64,000 nucleotides of DNA, taken from NCBI GenBank assembly GCA_963821525.1, contig CAWGED010000004.1, positions 96,001 through 160,000 on the forward strand, given 5' to 3'. Numbering within the stretch: the first letter of the stretch is position 1; every line of letters starts with the position of its first letter. Below are positions 51,563 through 60,942 of the stretch, piece by piece. The stretch comes from an uncultured Gemmatimonadales bacterium (lineage in GTDB: Bacteria; Gemmatimonadota; Gemmatimonadetes; Gemmatimonadales; GWC2-71-9). A model generated the notes under the pieces. It searched no databases, was not told the DNA's origin, and saw only the letters and a list, made by a program, of their open reading frames with translations. Position numbers and translations under genes: made by a program.

Positions 51563-52056
51563 GCGATGCTGAGCAGAGTGCCCGCAAGTAACACGGCAAA
51601 CCACAGGACGAGACTCGCCGTCGCCGCGAGCTGGAGTCTGCCCCAGAGCCTCGGCGCAATGCCACCGTCGCGCCGCAGGTGCTGCGAGATTCGGGTCATG
51701 AACCACCCATTGATGAGCAGGAGAAGCAGCAAACTCATCTTGAGCCAGAACCAGGGAGATCGCGCCAGGTTGTCGAGATCGGCCGCCAACATCAGCACAC
51801 CGCTGATGCTGGTTACGGCCAGCGCGGCGATCACCGTGCGATGCGCCCCAGAGATGTCGTCGATCCGCCGCAGCCGGCCAGAACCGGCCTGCCGGCAAGC
51901 CTGAAGGACGCCCCGGTCGGCTGTTACGGCCGACCCTCCTGCGACCATCATGCCGCCAAAGTGTCCAAAAGCTATAAGGGCTTGGGTAATGGTGCTGTCG
52001 TTATAGAATGATGCCCAAGGTGCTGCCGCAGCAGCGAGATGTCCCAAGATAGACAT
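51559..52056 (-). CDS. Four-TM membrane protein (DUF6644/DUF2214-like)
   Basis: HFGG, SGVLM, FWLKM.L...LLING. Confidence 0.75.
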   Translation of the reverse strand: MSILGHLAAAAAPWASFYNDSTITQALIAFGHFGGMMVAGGSAVTADRGVLQACRQAGSGRLRRIDDISGAHRTVIAALAVTSISGVLMLAADLDNLARSPWFWLKMSLLLLLLINGWFMTRISQHLRRDGGIAPRLWGRLQLAATASLVLWFAVLLAGTLLSIA

Positions 52057-52104
52057 GCGCGCCTCTCCCTGGCATAACTGCTTAATTGGACAGGATTTTG
52101 ACAG

Positions 52105-52184
52105 AAGCTACTGACGTGGGAGACGGGCAGACTGTGAGCTAGATCACATATTCTGACGGATGTCGAATTGTGACCTAGATCACA
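52105..52184 (-). promoter_or_regulatory. Two tandem CRP-type boxes (52133-48, 52169-84) and a -10 TAGCTT
   Basis: TGTGAGCTAGATCACA and TGTGACCTAGATCACA each match TGTGATCTAGATCACA at 15 of 16 positions. Confidence 0.8.
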
Positions 52185-52199
52185 GATTGAGGAGGGATT

Positions 52200-52529
52200 T
52201 TAGGCCGGTTCCACCACGACTGCGGTGCCGTAACACAGGACTTCCGTGGTCCCCTGCATGACTTCCGCCGCGTCATACCGGACCCCGATAACCGCATTGG
52301 CGCCCAGCTCTTCGGCGTGTTGAACCATGATCTGAAAGGCCTCTTCCCGGGCGTGCTCGCAGAGCTCGGTGAAGAGCGAGATGTTCCCGCCCACCAGCGT
52401 CTGCAGCGTTGCCCCGATGGTCCCGAAGACCGACCGGGAACGCACGGTGATCCCCCGGACCACCCCGAAATTCTGGATGATCCGGTAGCCGTCGAGCTGG
52501 AAGGCGGTGGTGGTGAAGGTCAAGCTCAA
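52200..52529 (-). CDS. YbjQ/UPF0145 family protein
   Basis: GVVRGITVRSR, GANAVIGVRYD, YGTAV. Start uncertain. Confidence 0.9.
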   Translation of the reverse strand: MSLTFTTTAFQLDGYRIIQNFGVVRGITVRSRSVFGTIGATLQTLVGGNISLFTELCEHAREEAFQIMVQHAEELGANAVIGVRYDAAEVMQGTTEVLCYGTAVVVEPA

Positions 52530-52603
52530 CGCCACCTGGCCACCCCGCGCTCTGATTGCCTTCGGATTTTCACCTCCCACTTGTCACCTCCCAAGTTGCC
52601 GCC

Positions 52604-54654
52604 TCACTCGTCCCCATTCTCCTTCCCATCCCTCTTGTTCTCCGACGCCACCTTGGCCGACACCTCGGGTGGGGCCTCCGCATATCCGTGATGCTCGAGA
52701 TGGAAGGTGCCGCGGCCATGGGTAATCGAGTGCAGCGTCGTCGCGTACTTGTAAAGCTCCGCTTCGGGCACGATCGCCTTGATCCGGGTGAGCCGACCCT
52801 CGGTATCGGTCCCCAGAATCTGGCCGCGCCGTGAACTGAGATCGCCCATCACGTCGCCCAGGATTTCTGCCGGGGTCCAGACCGTGACGTCCAGCAGCGG
52901 CTCCAGCAGCACTGGCCGGCACCTCGGTGCGACGTTCCTGAAGGCGAGGATGCCCGCCATCTTGAACGACATTTCGTTCGAGTCGACGTCGTGGTACGAC
53001 CCGTCGTAGCATTCGGCCTGGAAATCCACCATCGGATAGCCGGCCACGACGCCACGCACCGCCGATTCCTGAATCCCGCGATCCACCGCCGGGATGTAGT
53101 GGTTGGGAATGACCCCCCCCACGATGCTGTCGACGAACTTGTAGCCGCTCCCGCGGGGCAGCGGGGAGAAACGGATCCAGCAGTCACCGTATTGTCCGCG
53201 CCCGCCGCTCTGTTTCTTGTGCTTGCCCTGACCCTCGCCTTTTCCCTTGAGCGTCTCCCGATACGCCACCCGCGGCCGGGCCAGCTCGGCGTGAACGCCG
53301 AACTTCCGTTGCAGCCGGCCCAGGAGGATCTCGAAGTGGCGCTCTCCCATCCCGTGAATCAGCGTCTGCCCCAGCTCCGAGCTGTACTCGAAGTGGAAGG
53401 TCGGATCTTCCTCGTGGAGCTTGTGGAGTCCCGCGGCGAGCTTGTCCTCTTCGCCCCGCTGCTTCACGACGACGGCGGAGGTCGCCACGGCCTCGGGAAA
53501 CGGGATTGGAGGCAACCGCAGGGCAGACTCCCGGCGACAGAAGGTGTCGTTGGTGTGGGTGTCGCGGAGCTTCGCCACGGATCCGATGTCTCCCGCCGCA
53601 AGCTCGGCAACCTCGAACCGTTCCTTGCCCTGCTGCACCGAGAGGTGATTGAGCTTCTCGGCCACGTCGTGCTCCGCGTTCCACACCTCGTCCCCGTTCC
53701 GGAGCGTGCCGGCGTAGAGCCGAAAGAGGGTGACATCGCCGACGTGCGGCTCGGAAATGGTCTTGAAGACGTGCCCGATCAGCGGGCCCTCGGCCGGGGC
53801 TGGAATCTCGGCCGGCGAGGGCAGCAGCTCGACCATCTTGTTCAGCAGGGCGCGCATGCCGTAGGTCAGCTCCGCGCTGCCGCAGAAGAGCGGCACGATC
53901 TCGCCCCGCAGCATCGCCTGCTTCATGCGCCGAGTACTTCCTCCCGCGGGATTTCCTCTCCGCCCAGGTAGCGCTCGAGCAGGGCGTCGTCGCTGGAGGC
54001 GACAGCCTCGATCAGCTGCTGGTCGTAGTGGGAGAACTGCTCCTTGTATTCCTCGGGGAGCGGCGATTCGTCGTACTCGCCGGTCTTGGTGCCCTTCTTG
54101 TAGATGTGGGTCTTTCCCGAAAACAGGTTCACGACTCCGTGGAACTCCGGACCCTCGCCCAACGGGATCTCGACCGGAACCACCTTGGGGGAGAGATGGT
54201 CCTTGATGTCGTGGAAGACCCGCTCGAAATTGGCGTGCTCCTTGTCCATCTGGGACACGAAGATGATCCGGGGCAGGTGCAGCCGGTCGCAGACTTCCCA
54301 GACCTTCTCGGTTCCCACCTCGACGCCGCCGGTGGCGCTGATCACCACCACGGCCGAATCCGCGGTGTGGAGCCCGGTGACCGCCTCGCCGAAGAAATCC
54401 AGGTATCCGGGAGTGTCAATCAGGTTGAGCTTCGCATCCATCCACTCGGCATAGGCTACGCCGAGGCCGATGGAGTGCTTGCGTTCGATTTCGTCGGGGG
54501 TGTAGTCGGTGAGCGTCGTACCGTCTTTGATCGAACCGTGGCGCCGGCTGGAGCCGGAGACGAAGGCGAGAGCATCAACCAGGGTGGTTTTGCCGCTCGC
54601 GCCGTGGCCGACGAAGGCCACGTTTCGGATGGCGTTCGAGCCATAGACCTTCAT
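52604..54654 (-). CDS. Elongation factor G-like paralogue (EF-G2 type), frameshift near 53925
   Basis: GHGASGKTT, DTPG, EEDPT, KKQSGGRGQYG, DGSYHDVDS; switch I reads RKHSI. Confidence 0.92.
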
Positions 54655-54720
54655 AGGTCTGGGCCTCCTTCTGTTAGTGGAAAGGGGATACTGCGGACGC
54701 GGGAGGGAGTTGTCAAATGC

Positions 54721-54810
54721 GTGGGTCGTGGGCCTTGGGTCGTGAGTCTTGGGCAGATCCTCTGCGCGTCCAACCGTCTCTGACTCATGACCCACGACCC
54801 ATGACCCACC
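54721..54810. repeat. Inverted GGGTCGT/ACGACCC heptamer arrays
   Basis: Between divergent genes. Confidence 0.85.
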
Positions 54811-54884
54811 TCGCGTCGAATTGGTACCATCCCGTCAACAAATGGTGGCGACCCGGGACCACCTTGGTCCTATGCGTGGCCACC

Positions 54885-55202
54885 ATGCAGTTCGTCGCCG
54901 AGAGAATCCTCCCTGCCTATCTGGATGCGCTGGACCGTGCCCTGGAGGACGCGGTGGCTCGGCTGCCCGAGGGCGCCCTGAGAGCTACTCTGATGCGGCT
55001 TCGTCGTCGGAGTGGGCGGGAGGGAGCGTGGGACCGTTTCGGGGCGTTACACCGGCTCGCCATCCTCGGCGAGGCTCAGGGCTGGCTTCGTCCGGAGGAA
55101 GCCATCGTCATCAGGAAACTGGCCTACCGCGTGGCCTTCCTCACAATGAGGGCTGACACTAGCCGTCAGCCGTCAGCCTTCAGCGATGGGGAACACCGCT
55201 AG
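54885..55202 (+). CDS. Hypothetical helical protein
   Basis: MQFVAERILPAYLDALDRAL...; the tail derives from a repeat. Confidence 0.6.
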   Translation: MQFVAERILPAYLDALDRALEDAVARLPEGALRATLMRLRRRSGREGAWDRFGALHRLAILGEAQGWLRPEEAIVIRKLAYRVAFLTMRADTSRQPSAFSDGEHR

Positions 55203-55312
55203 CCCTAAGGCTTATGGCTTACGGCTTACGCCTTACGGCTTACGGCTTACGGCTTACGGCTAACAGCTAACAGCTAACAGCTAACGGCTGACGGCTGACC
55301 GCTGACGGCTCA
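55160..55312. repeat. Graded heptamer array GCTTACG to GCTAACA to GCTGACG with inverted CGTCAGC arm
   Basis: About 14 units with a stepwise change of unit sequence. Confidence 0.92.
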
Positions 55313-57208
55313 TCTGTACCCCGCCGCCTGAAGCCCGAACAACTCCGAGTAGAGGCCCTTGGTATCCAACAGCTCAGCGTGGGTCCCCTGCTCCACCAGC
55401 TCGCCGTCCTTGAGCACCAGGATACGATCCGCCATGCGGACCGTGCTGAAACGGTGGCTGATCAGCACCGCCATGCGGCCATGGGTCAGCTCGGAGAAGC
55501 GGAGGAAGACCTGGTATTCGGCGCGCGCATCGAGGGCGGCCGTGGGCTCGTCGAGGATCAGGAGCTGGGCATCTCGCAGGTAGGCACGGGCCAGGGCCAG
55601 CTTTTGCCATTCGCCCCCCGAGAGGTCGGCCCCGCCTTCGAACCGCTTCCCCAGTAACTGCTCATATCCGTCCTTGAAGCGGGCGATCACGCTGTCGGCC
55701 AGACTCCTGCTTGCCGCCACCTCGAGCGCCGGTTGGTCGTCCCGCCGGCCTATGTCGCCGACGGCGATGTTCTCCCGGATGGGAAAGTCGTAGCGGACGA
55801 AGTCCTGAAAAATCACGCCGACATTGCGTCTCAGGCTCTCGATGTCGTATTCCCGCAGATCTCGACCGTCGAGCAGGATGCGTCCTTCGCTGGGGTCGTA
55901 GAGGCGAGCGAGGAGTTTGGCGAGGGTGGTCTTGCCCGCACCGTTCTCTCCCACCAGGGCCAGTCGCTCGCCGGGCTTGAGCACGAAGTTGAGTCCCCGT
56001 ACGGCCCAACGCTCCGAGCCGGGGTAGCGGAACCCGATATTCTCGAACTGGAACCCGAGCCGAATGGGAGATGGTACCACGACCGCGCCAGGCGTACGGC
56101 GGATCCGGGGCTCGAGATCGAAGAACGAGAACAGATCTTCCAGATAGAGCGCCTGCTCGAAGAGCTGGGCCAGCGACAGCAGAAACCGCTGGATCAAGTC
56201 CCGGCTCTGCCGGAAGGAAGCGGCGAGGAAGGTCAGCACCCCAAGGGTAAAGGGCCCGGCGGGCGACTGATGCCGGGTTACGGTGAGATAGATGATCGCG
56301 ACATACGCCCCGTAGTACCCGACCGAGCCGACCAGGGCGAGAAGTGAGGAGACCACCGCGCGGCGAATCGCCAGTTGGCGGTTGGCCTCGTAGAACTCGT
56401 CGGAGAGCTGGGCGTACTGCCCTACCAGATAGTCGGAGAGGCCAAAAAGCTTCACTTCCTTGGCGGAGACATCGCTGGCGCCTATGTAGCGCAGGTAGTC
56501 GAGCTGGCGTCGTTCCTGGGTCCAGGAAAAGAGCAGCGAGTAGCCGAGCGCGGCGTAACGAGTCTCGCCGAGGAACGAAGGCAGAACTGCGAGGGCGAGG
56601 AGCAACAGCAGCCAGGGGACGTAGACCGTGATCGCAATGGCCAGCGATACGAGGGTGATCAGGTCCTGGAGGCTGGCGAGTATGCCGGTAAAGAGGCCGA
56701 TCCGCCCTACCGTCTGCCGGCGAGCTCGCTCCAGCTTGTCGTACACCTCGGCGTCCTCCAGCTGCTGGAGATCGAGTGATGCCGCGTGCTGCATCAGTTG
56801 AACGCTGGTGCGGTTGGCGAACAGGTCGCCCAGCAGACTCTCCAGGAGGGACGAGGTACGGGCAAGGATTTCGCCCACGATTGCGATGCCGAACTCGACA
56901 GCCACGAGCAGGAGCAGGTGCCGGTAGGCCTGAATGTCTGAGGCGGCGACTCCCGGCTCCCCCAACACGCGTACTACTTCATCGATGATGAGCTTCCCGA
57001 TCCATAGCGTCGCGATTGGAATCCCCGCCCGGAGCGCCCGGAGCCCCACAATGAGGACGCTGTAGAGGCGGTTGGTCTCCCAAACCAGCCGGAAGAATTC
57101 CGGGAGATGGCGGGTGGCTCGCATCCGCTCCCGCCAACTCGGTGCTTCCTGGATGAGCTTGGGCGGGCGGCGGGGCCGGTTGCTGGCAGGGCCTCCGGGG
57201 AAGGTCAT
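55310..57208 (-). CDS. ABC transporter fused permease/ATP-binding protein
   Basis: GENGAGKT, LSGGEWQ, LDEPT, SHRFST. Confidence 0.93.
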   Translation of the reverse strand: MTFPGGPASNRPRRPPKLIQEAPSWRERMRATRHLPEFFRLVWETNRLYSVLIVGLRALRAGIPIATLWIGKLIIDEVVRVLGEPGVAASDIQAYRHLLLLVAVEFGIAIVGEILARTSSLLESLLGDLFANRTSVQLMQHAASLDLQQLEDAEVYDKLERARRQTVGRIGLFTGILASLQDLITLVSLAIAITVYVPWLLLLLALAVLPSFLGETRYAALGYSLLFSWTQERRQLDYLRYIGASDVSAKEVKLFGLSDYLVGQYAQLSDEFYEANRQLAIRRAVVSSLLALVGSVGYYGAYVAIIYLTVTRHQSPAGPFTLGVLTFLAASFRQSRDLIQRFLLSLAQLFEQALYLEDLFSFFDLEPRIRRTPGAVVVPSPIRLGFQFENIGFRYPGSERWAVRGLNFVLKPGERLALVGENGAGKTTLAKLLARLYDPSEGRILLDGRDLREYDIESLRRNVGVIFQDFVRYDFPIRENIAVGDIGRRDDQPALEVAASRSLADSVIARFKDGYEQLLGKRFEGGADLSGGEWQKLALARAYLRDAQLLILDEPTAALDARAEYQVFLRFSELTHGRMAVLISHRFSTVRMADRILVLKDGELVEQGTHAELLDTKGLYSELFGLQAAGYR

Positions 57209-57215
57209 GATAGAA

Positions 57216-57316
57216 AGTACCTAGTACCGAGTACCGAGTACCTAGTCATCCGGCTAGGCCCACTGCAGAGAGTGGATCGAGCCTCTCGGTACTAGGTACT
57301 AGGTACTCGGTACTAG
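57216..57316. repeat. Inverted GTACCTA/GTACCGA vs GTACTAG/GTACTCG heptamer arrays
   Basis: Fills the whole divergent intergenic region. Confidence 0.92.
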
Positions 57317-57324
57317 ATTGGGAT

Positions 57325-58026
57325 ATGCCCACAGCATTAATCACCGGCGCCACCGAAGGAATCGGTCGCGCGATTTGTTTTTGCCTGGGGAAGGCCGGCT
57401 ACAAGATCGCCGCCTGCGCCAGGACTCCCTCACGGCTTCGTGCTCTCAAGGATGGTCTCGAAGAGGCAGGCATCTCCGTCGCCGTCCACCCGGCGGATGT
57501 CGGAGTCGAAGCCGACGTGAAGACCGCCGTATCGATGCTGGTCAAGGAACTGGGAACGATCGATGTCCTGGTAAACAATGCCGGCGTCGCACTGCTCAAG
57601 CCGTTCGAACAGCTGACGGTCGAAGACTGGGATACCACAATGGCGACCAACCTGCGGAGCCTCTACCTGATGACCCGCGAGGTGCTGCCCGCCATGCGCG
57701 CGGGTAAACGGGGCGCCATTGTCAACATCGCGAGCCTGGCCGGCCGCAACGGCTTTGTCGGCGGGTCCGCCTACACTGCCTCCAAGCATGCCGTACTCGG
57801 CTTCGCAAAATCGCTGATGCTGGAGGTACGGAAGGACAACGTTCGCGTGATCACTATCTGCCCCGGCTCGGTCGATACCTCGCTCATCCGAACCCAGGGG
57901 ATGCTGTCACCCAACATCGACCGCATTCTCCAGCCCGAGGACATTGCCGACACCGTTCTGGCGGCCCTGGCCCTGCCGGAGCGCGCTCTGGTGTCGGAGC
58001 TGGATGTGCGGCCCACTAATCCGTAG
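57325..58026 (+). CDS. SDR family oxidoreductase
   Basis: TGATEGIG, NNAG, YTASK. Confidence 0.93.
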   Translation: MPTALITGATEGIGRAICFCLGKAGYKIAACARTPSRLRALKDGLEEAGISVAVHPADVGVEADVKTAVSMLVKELGTIDVLVNNAGVALLKPFEQLTVEDWDTTMATNLRSLYLMTREVLPAMRAGKRGAIVNIASLAGRNGFVGGSAYTASKHAVLGFAKSLMLEVRKDNVRVITICPGSVDTSLIRTQGMLSPNIDRILQPEDIADTVLAALALPERALVSELDVRPTNP

Positions 58027-58029
58027 TGG

Positions 58030-58124
58030 GGAGTCTGGAGTCGTTAGTCGAAAGTCCAGAGTCGGCGGTCACTGATACCCTCTCGACCCTCGACTCTAGA
58101 CTCTAGACTCCGGACTATCGACTC
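58030..58124. repeat. Inverted GAGTC/GACTCTA heptamer arrays
   Basis: The right arm ends at the next ATG; a similar GACTATC array lies at about 58349-58372. Confidence 0.82.
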
Positions 58125-58328
58125 ATGCACCCGATCCTCATCGCCACCTGCATCTGCCGCCAAATGCCCTTCGCCAAGCTTCTCCCGTTGGCGAGGGAGC
58201 ACGGATGGACCCTTCAGGACGTGATGCGGGAAACCGGGTGCGGCGACGGCTGTGGCCTCTGTCGCCCCTACCTGAGGAGAATGCTCAGAACGGGTGAGAC
58301 TCAGTTTACGGAGCTGCTGACCGAGTAG
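58125..58328 (+). CDS. BFD-like [2Fe-2S]-binding protein
   Basis: CIC...TGCGDGCGLCRPY. Confidence 0.85.
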   Translation: MHPILIATCICRQMPFAKLLPLAREHGWTLQDVMRETGCGDGCGLCRPYLRRMLRTGETQFTELLTE

Positions 58329-58395
58329 CCGGGTAGAACAATCCTCCCACGACCGACCATCGACTATCGACCCCTCGCCCCATAACATTGAGTCC

Positions 58396-59973
58396 ATGAC
58401 CCTCCCTGGGGGGCCTACTCCCCCCAAGTCCATCTGGCAGCGCCTCTACAGCACCCGACCGATCACCGCCGCAGCCGTGATCATTGGATGGGTCGGGGTC
58501 TACCTCATCTACCAACAACACTGGACCGGTATTCTCCTCTGCCTCGTGGCCAGTGCCCTGGCACTCATCGCACTGAGACGGGGGCGACGGATCGCGCTGG
58601 AGCAGCGGCGACGGCTTCAACTCGCCCTGGACCGAGCCGCCGCACGCAATCGCGAGCTGGAGGGCCTGCGCCACCTTGCCGCAACCCTTCTTGGATCGAG
58701 CGACGACGTCAACTACCTCTTCCGCGAAATTGCCAAGGCGGCGACCCAGCTGCTTGAAGCCGAAGGCAGCGTGATCACCCTCGTGGTCGAAGAGGGGCGC
58801 TTCCTCAAGGCGGTCGCGACCGACGGGTTCCTGGAAGGCGCCGCCGGCATCCTGATCCCGGCGGACCATTCGTTGACCGGCTGGGTCGTCACCCACGACC
58901 AAGCGCTCCTGAGCGATGACATGCAGGCCGATCCGAGGAGTTACGACGTGGAGGGGTTGACCTCCCGGATGAAAAGCGCGGCGATCGTCCCGCTCCGGTC
59001 GAGCGGCCTCGCGATCGGAACCGTGAGCGTACACAACCGCCGCGACGGCCGCCCCTTCGGCGAGAACGACCTGGAGCTGCTCAAGACCCTGGGAGACCAG
59101 GTCGTCGTCGGAGTGGATCGAGCCCAGATGCTGGACGAGGCTCGCCGCAACCATAGCGCCTTGGAGGACAAGAACCGGGAGCTGCAGCGATCAACCGACC
59201 TGAAGAGCCAGTTCCTCGCCAATATGTCTCACGAGCTCCGCACCCCGCTAAATGCCATCAACGGTTTTTCCGATTTGATGCTGACCGAGGAGATGGGGCC
59301 GATCAACGAGCTGCAGCGGGAGTTCCTCGCCTCCATTCTCCGCAACGGCAAACATCTTCTCGGCCTGATCAACTCGGTGCTGGATCTCTCCAAGATCGAA
59401 GCCGGCCGGATGACGCTGAACCTCGCACCGACTGATTTGCACGCGGCAATCCAGGGAGTAGTGACCGACACGGCCCCCCTCCGCACCAGCAAGGACCAGG
59501 AAGTCCGGGTGGAGGCCGGATCGACGCCGGTGACGATCCTTGCCGACGGCACGAGGCTGAGGCAGATCCTCTTCAACCTGCTCTCCAACGCTTCGAAGTT
59601 CACCCCGGACAGGGGCAGCGTCAGCATTTCCGCCGTCTCCACCCGGGCGCCCCTCCCCATTTCCACTGACAATGACGAGAAACCCCGCCTGGTATCCCGT
59701 GAGGCGGTGTGGGTGTCGGTGAGCGATACCGGAATAGGGATCAAGCCGGAAGACATGCCCAGGCTGTTCCACGAATTCAGCCAGGTGGATACGTCACACA
59801 GCCGGGCTCAGCAGGGTACCGGACTGGGATTGGTGCTATCGAAAAAATTTGTCGAGATGCACGGAGGCACGATCGGTGCCGAGTCGGTTTACGGGCGGGG
59901 GACTACCCTGTGGTTCATCCTGCCGGTGGAAGGCCCGCTGCATCGGACGGGGACGAGGGTCGCAGGAGACTGA
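58396..59973 (+). CDS. GAF-domain sensor histidine kinase
   Basis: 2 TM, GAF, FLANMSHELRTPL, DTGIG, GTGLGL. Confidence 0.93.
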   Translation: MTLPGGPTPPKSIWQRLYSTRPITAAAVIIGWVGVYLIYQQHWTGILLCLVASALALIALRRGRRIALEQRRRLQLALDRAAARNRELEGLRHLAATLLGSSDDVNYLFREIAKAATQLLEAEGSVITLVVEEGRFLKAVATDGFLEGAAGILIPADHSLTGWVVTHDQALLSDDMQADPRSYDVEGLTSRMKSAAIVPLRSSGLAIGTVSVHNRRDGRPFGENDLELLKTLGDQVVVGVDRAQMLDEARRNHSALEDKNRELQRSTDLKSQFLANMSHELRTPLNAINGFSDLMLTEEMGPINELQREFLASILRNGKHLLGLINSVLDLSKIEAGRMTLNLAPTDLHAAIQGVVTDTAPLRTSKDQEVRVEAGSTPVTILADGTRLRQILFNLLSNASKFTPDRGSVSISAVSTRAPLPISTDNDEKPRLVSREAVWVSVSDTGIGIKPEDMPRLFHEFSQVDTSHSRAQQGTGLGLVLSKKFVEMHGGTIGAESVYGRGTTLWFILPVEGPLHRTGTRVAGD

Positions 59974-60940
59974 CCAGCGCCCTTCGCACGTAGACCGGCA
60001 CCATATCCTTGCGCCAGCCGATCGTGAAATCGGTGTTGTCGAGCGGCTTGGCTCTTCGCGCGGCAGCAGTGGCGGCAGCAGTGATGGATTCGTCGGTGAG
60101 CGACTGACCGACCAGCACCTTCTCCGCTTCCTCGCTCTCCATCGGCCAGGATCCCACGGCACCAACCACAATCCGCGCCGCACGGACCAGACCCTGGGGA
60201 TCGAGATCCACCCACGCGGCGACCCCCAATACCGGAAAATCGAAGGCACCCCGGCGCCTGAGCTTCTGATAGTCTGCGCGAGAGGTCCCCAGCGCGGGCA
60301 CCTCGATCCGGACTAGCAACTCGTCCGGCTGTTTGGTGAGAAACTCTATCCCGTCGTTCCGGTAGAGCGAAGCCGCGGGAATCGAGCGGCTTCCTTTGGG
60401 TCCCATCATCGTCACGCTGGCGCCGAGTGCGACCATCACCGGAGCGAGATCGCTCGATTGCACCGCCCAGCAGCGGGGACTCGAAGGAGCCACCCAGCAG
60501 ATCTTGCCGTCCTTCTTCATGCAGAAGTCGATCGCGCGCCGCCACTCGTAGGTCTGGTCGTAGTAATTGCAGCGCGTGTCGAGCAGCAGATTCCCGCCCA
60601 CAGTACCCATGTTTTGCAGGATGGGCGTCGAGATCGTGGCTGCGGCACGAGACAAGACGGGCCACTCCTGCCGCATCAGCGGATGGTGAATCAGCCGAGT
60701 CAGCGTCACAGCCGACCCGATTCTCAGCTGCCCTTCCGCTCCCCGGTCCAGCAGACCCAACTCTGGCACTCGACGGATGTCGATGACATGACGCGGCGTC
60801 TGTTGCAGCCGCTTCATGTTGGGGTAGAGGTCAGTTCCTCCGGCGACGTAAGACGCGTCCAGCCCGTGAGCGGTCTTGATGCGAACCGCCTCGTCTACCG
60901 TGGCGGGGAAGCTGGGCGCGAAAGCGGGCAGGCGCAGCAT
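59915..60940 (-). CDS. Xanthine dehydrogenase family FAD subunit with [4Fe-4S] insert (HcrB-like)
   Basis: AGGTDL, GTVGGN; DTRCNYY...FCMK...ICWVA...RCWA carries four Cys. Confidence 0.88.
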   Translation of the reverse strand: MLRLPAFAPSFPATVDEAVRIKTAHGLDASYVAGGTDLYPNMKRLQQTPRHVIDIRRVPELGLLDRGAEGQLRIGSAVTLTRLIHHPLMRQEWPVLSRAAATISTPILQNMGTVGGNLLLDTRCNYYDQTYEWRRAIDFCMKKDGKICWVAPSSPRCWAVQSSDLAPVMVALGASVTMMGPKGSRSIPAASLYRNDGIEFLTKQPDELLVRIEVPALGTSRADYQKLRRRGAFDFPVLGVAAWVDLDPQGLVRAARIVVGAVGSWPMESEEAEKVLVGQSLTDESITAAATAAARRAKPLDNTDFTIGWRKDMVPVYVRRALVSLLRPSSPSDAAGLPPAG

Positions 60941-60942
60941 GA

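Noticed and set aside
52133..52184. Rex operator instead of CRP box
   Set aside because: The spacers are NCTAGA, as in the CRP consensus, rather than the AT-flanked Rex pattern, and the position fits class II activation. Not fully excluded.
53915..53935. Programmed frameshift or split gene in the EF-G paralogue (and similar cases)
   Set aside because: No slippery sequence, and similar indels are scattered through unrelated genes.
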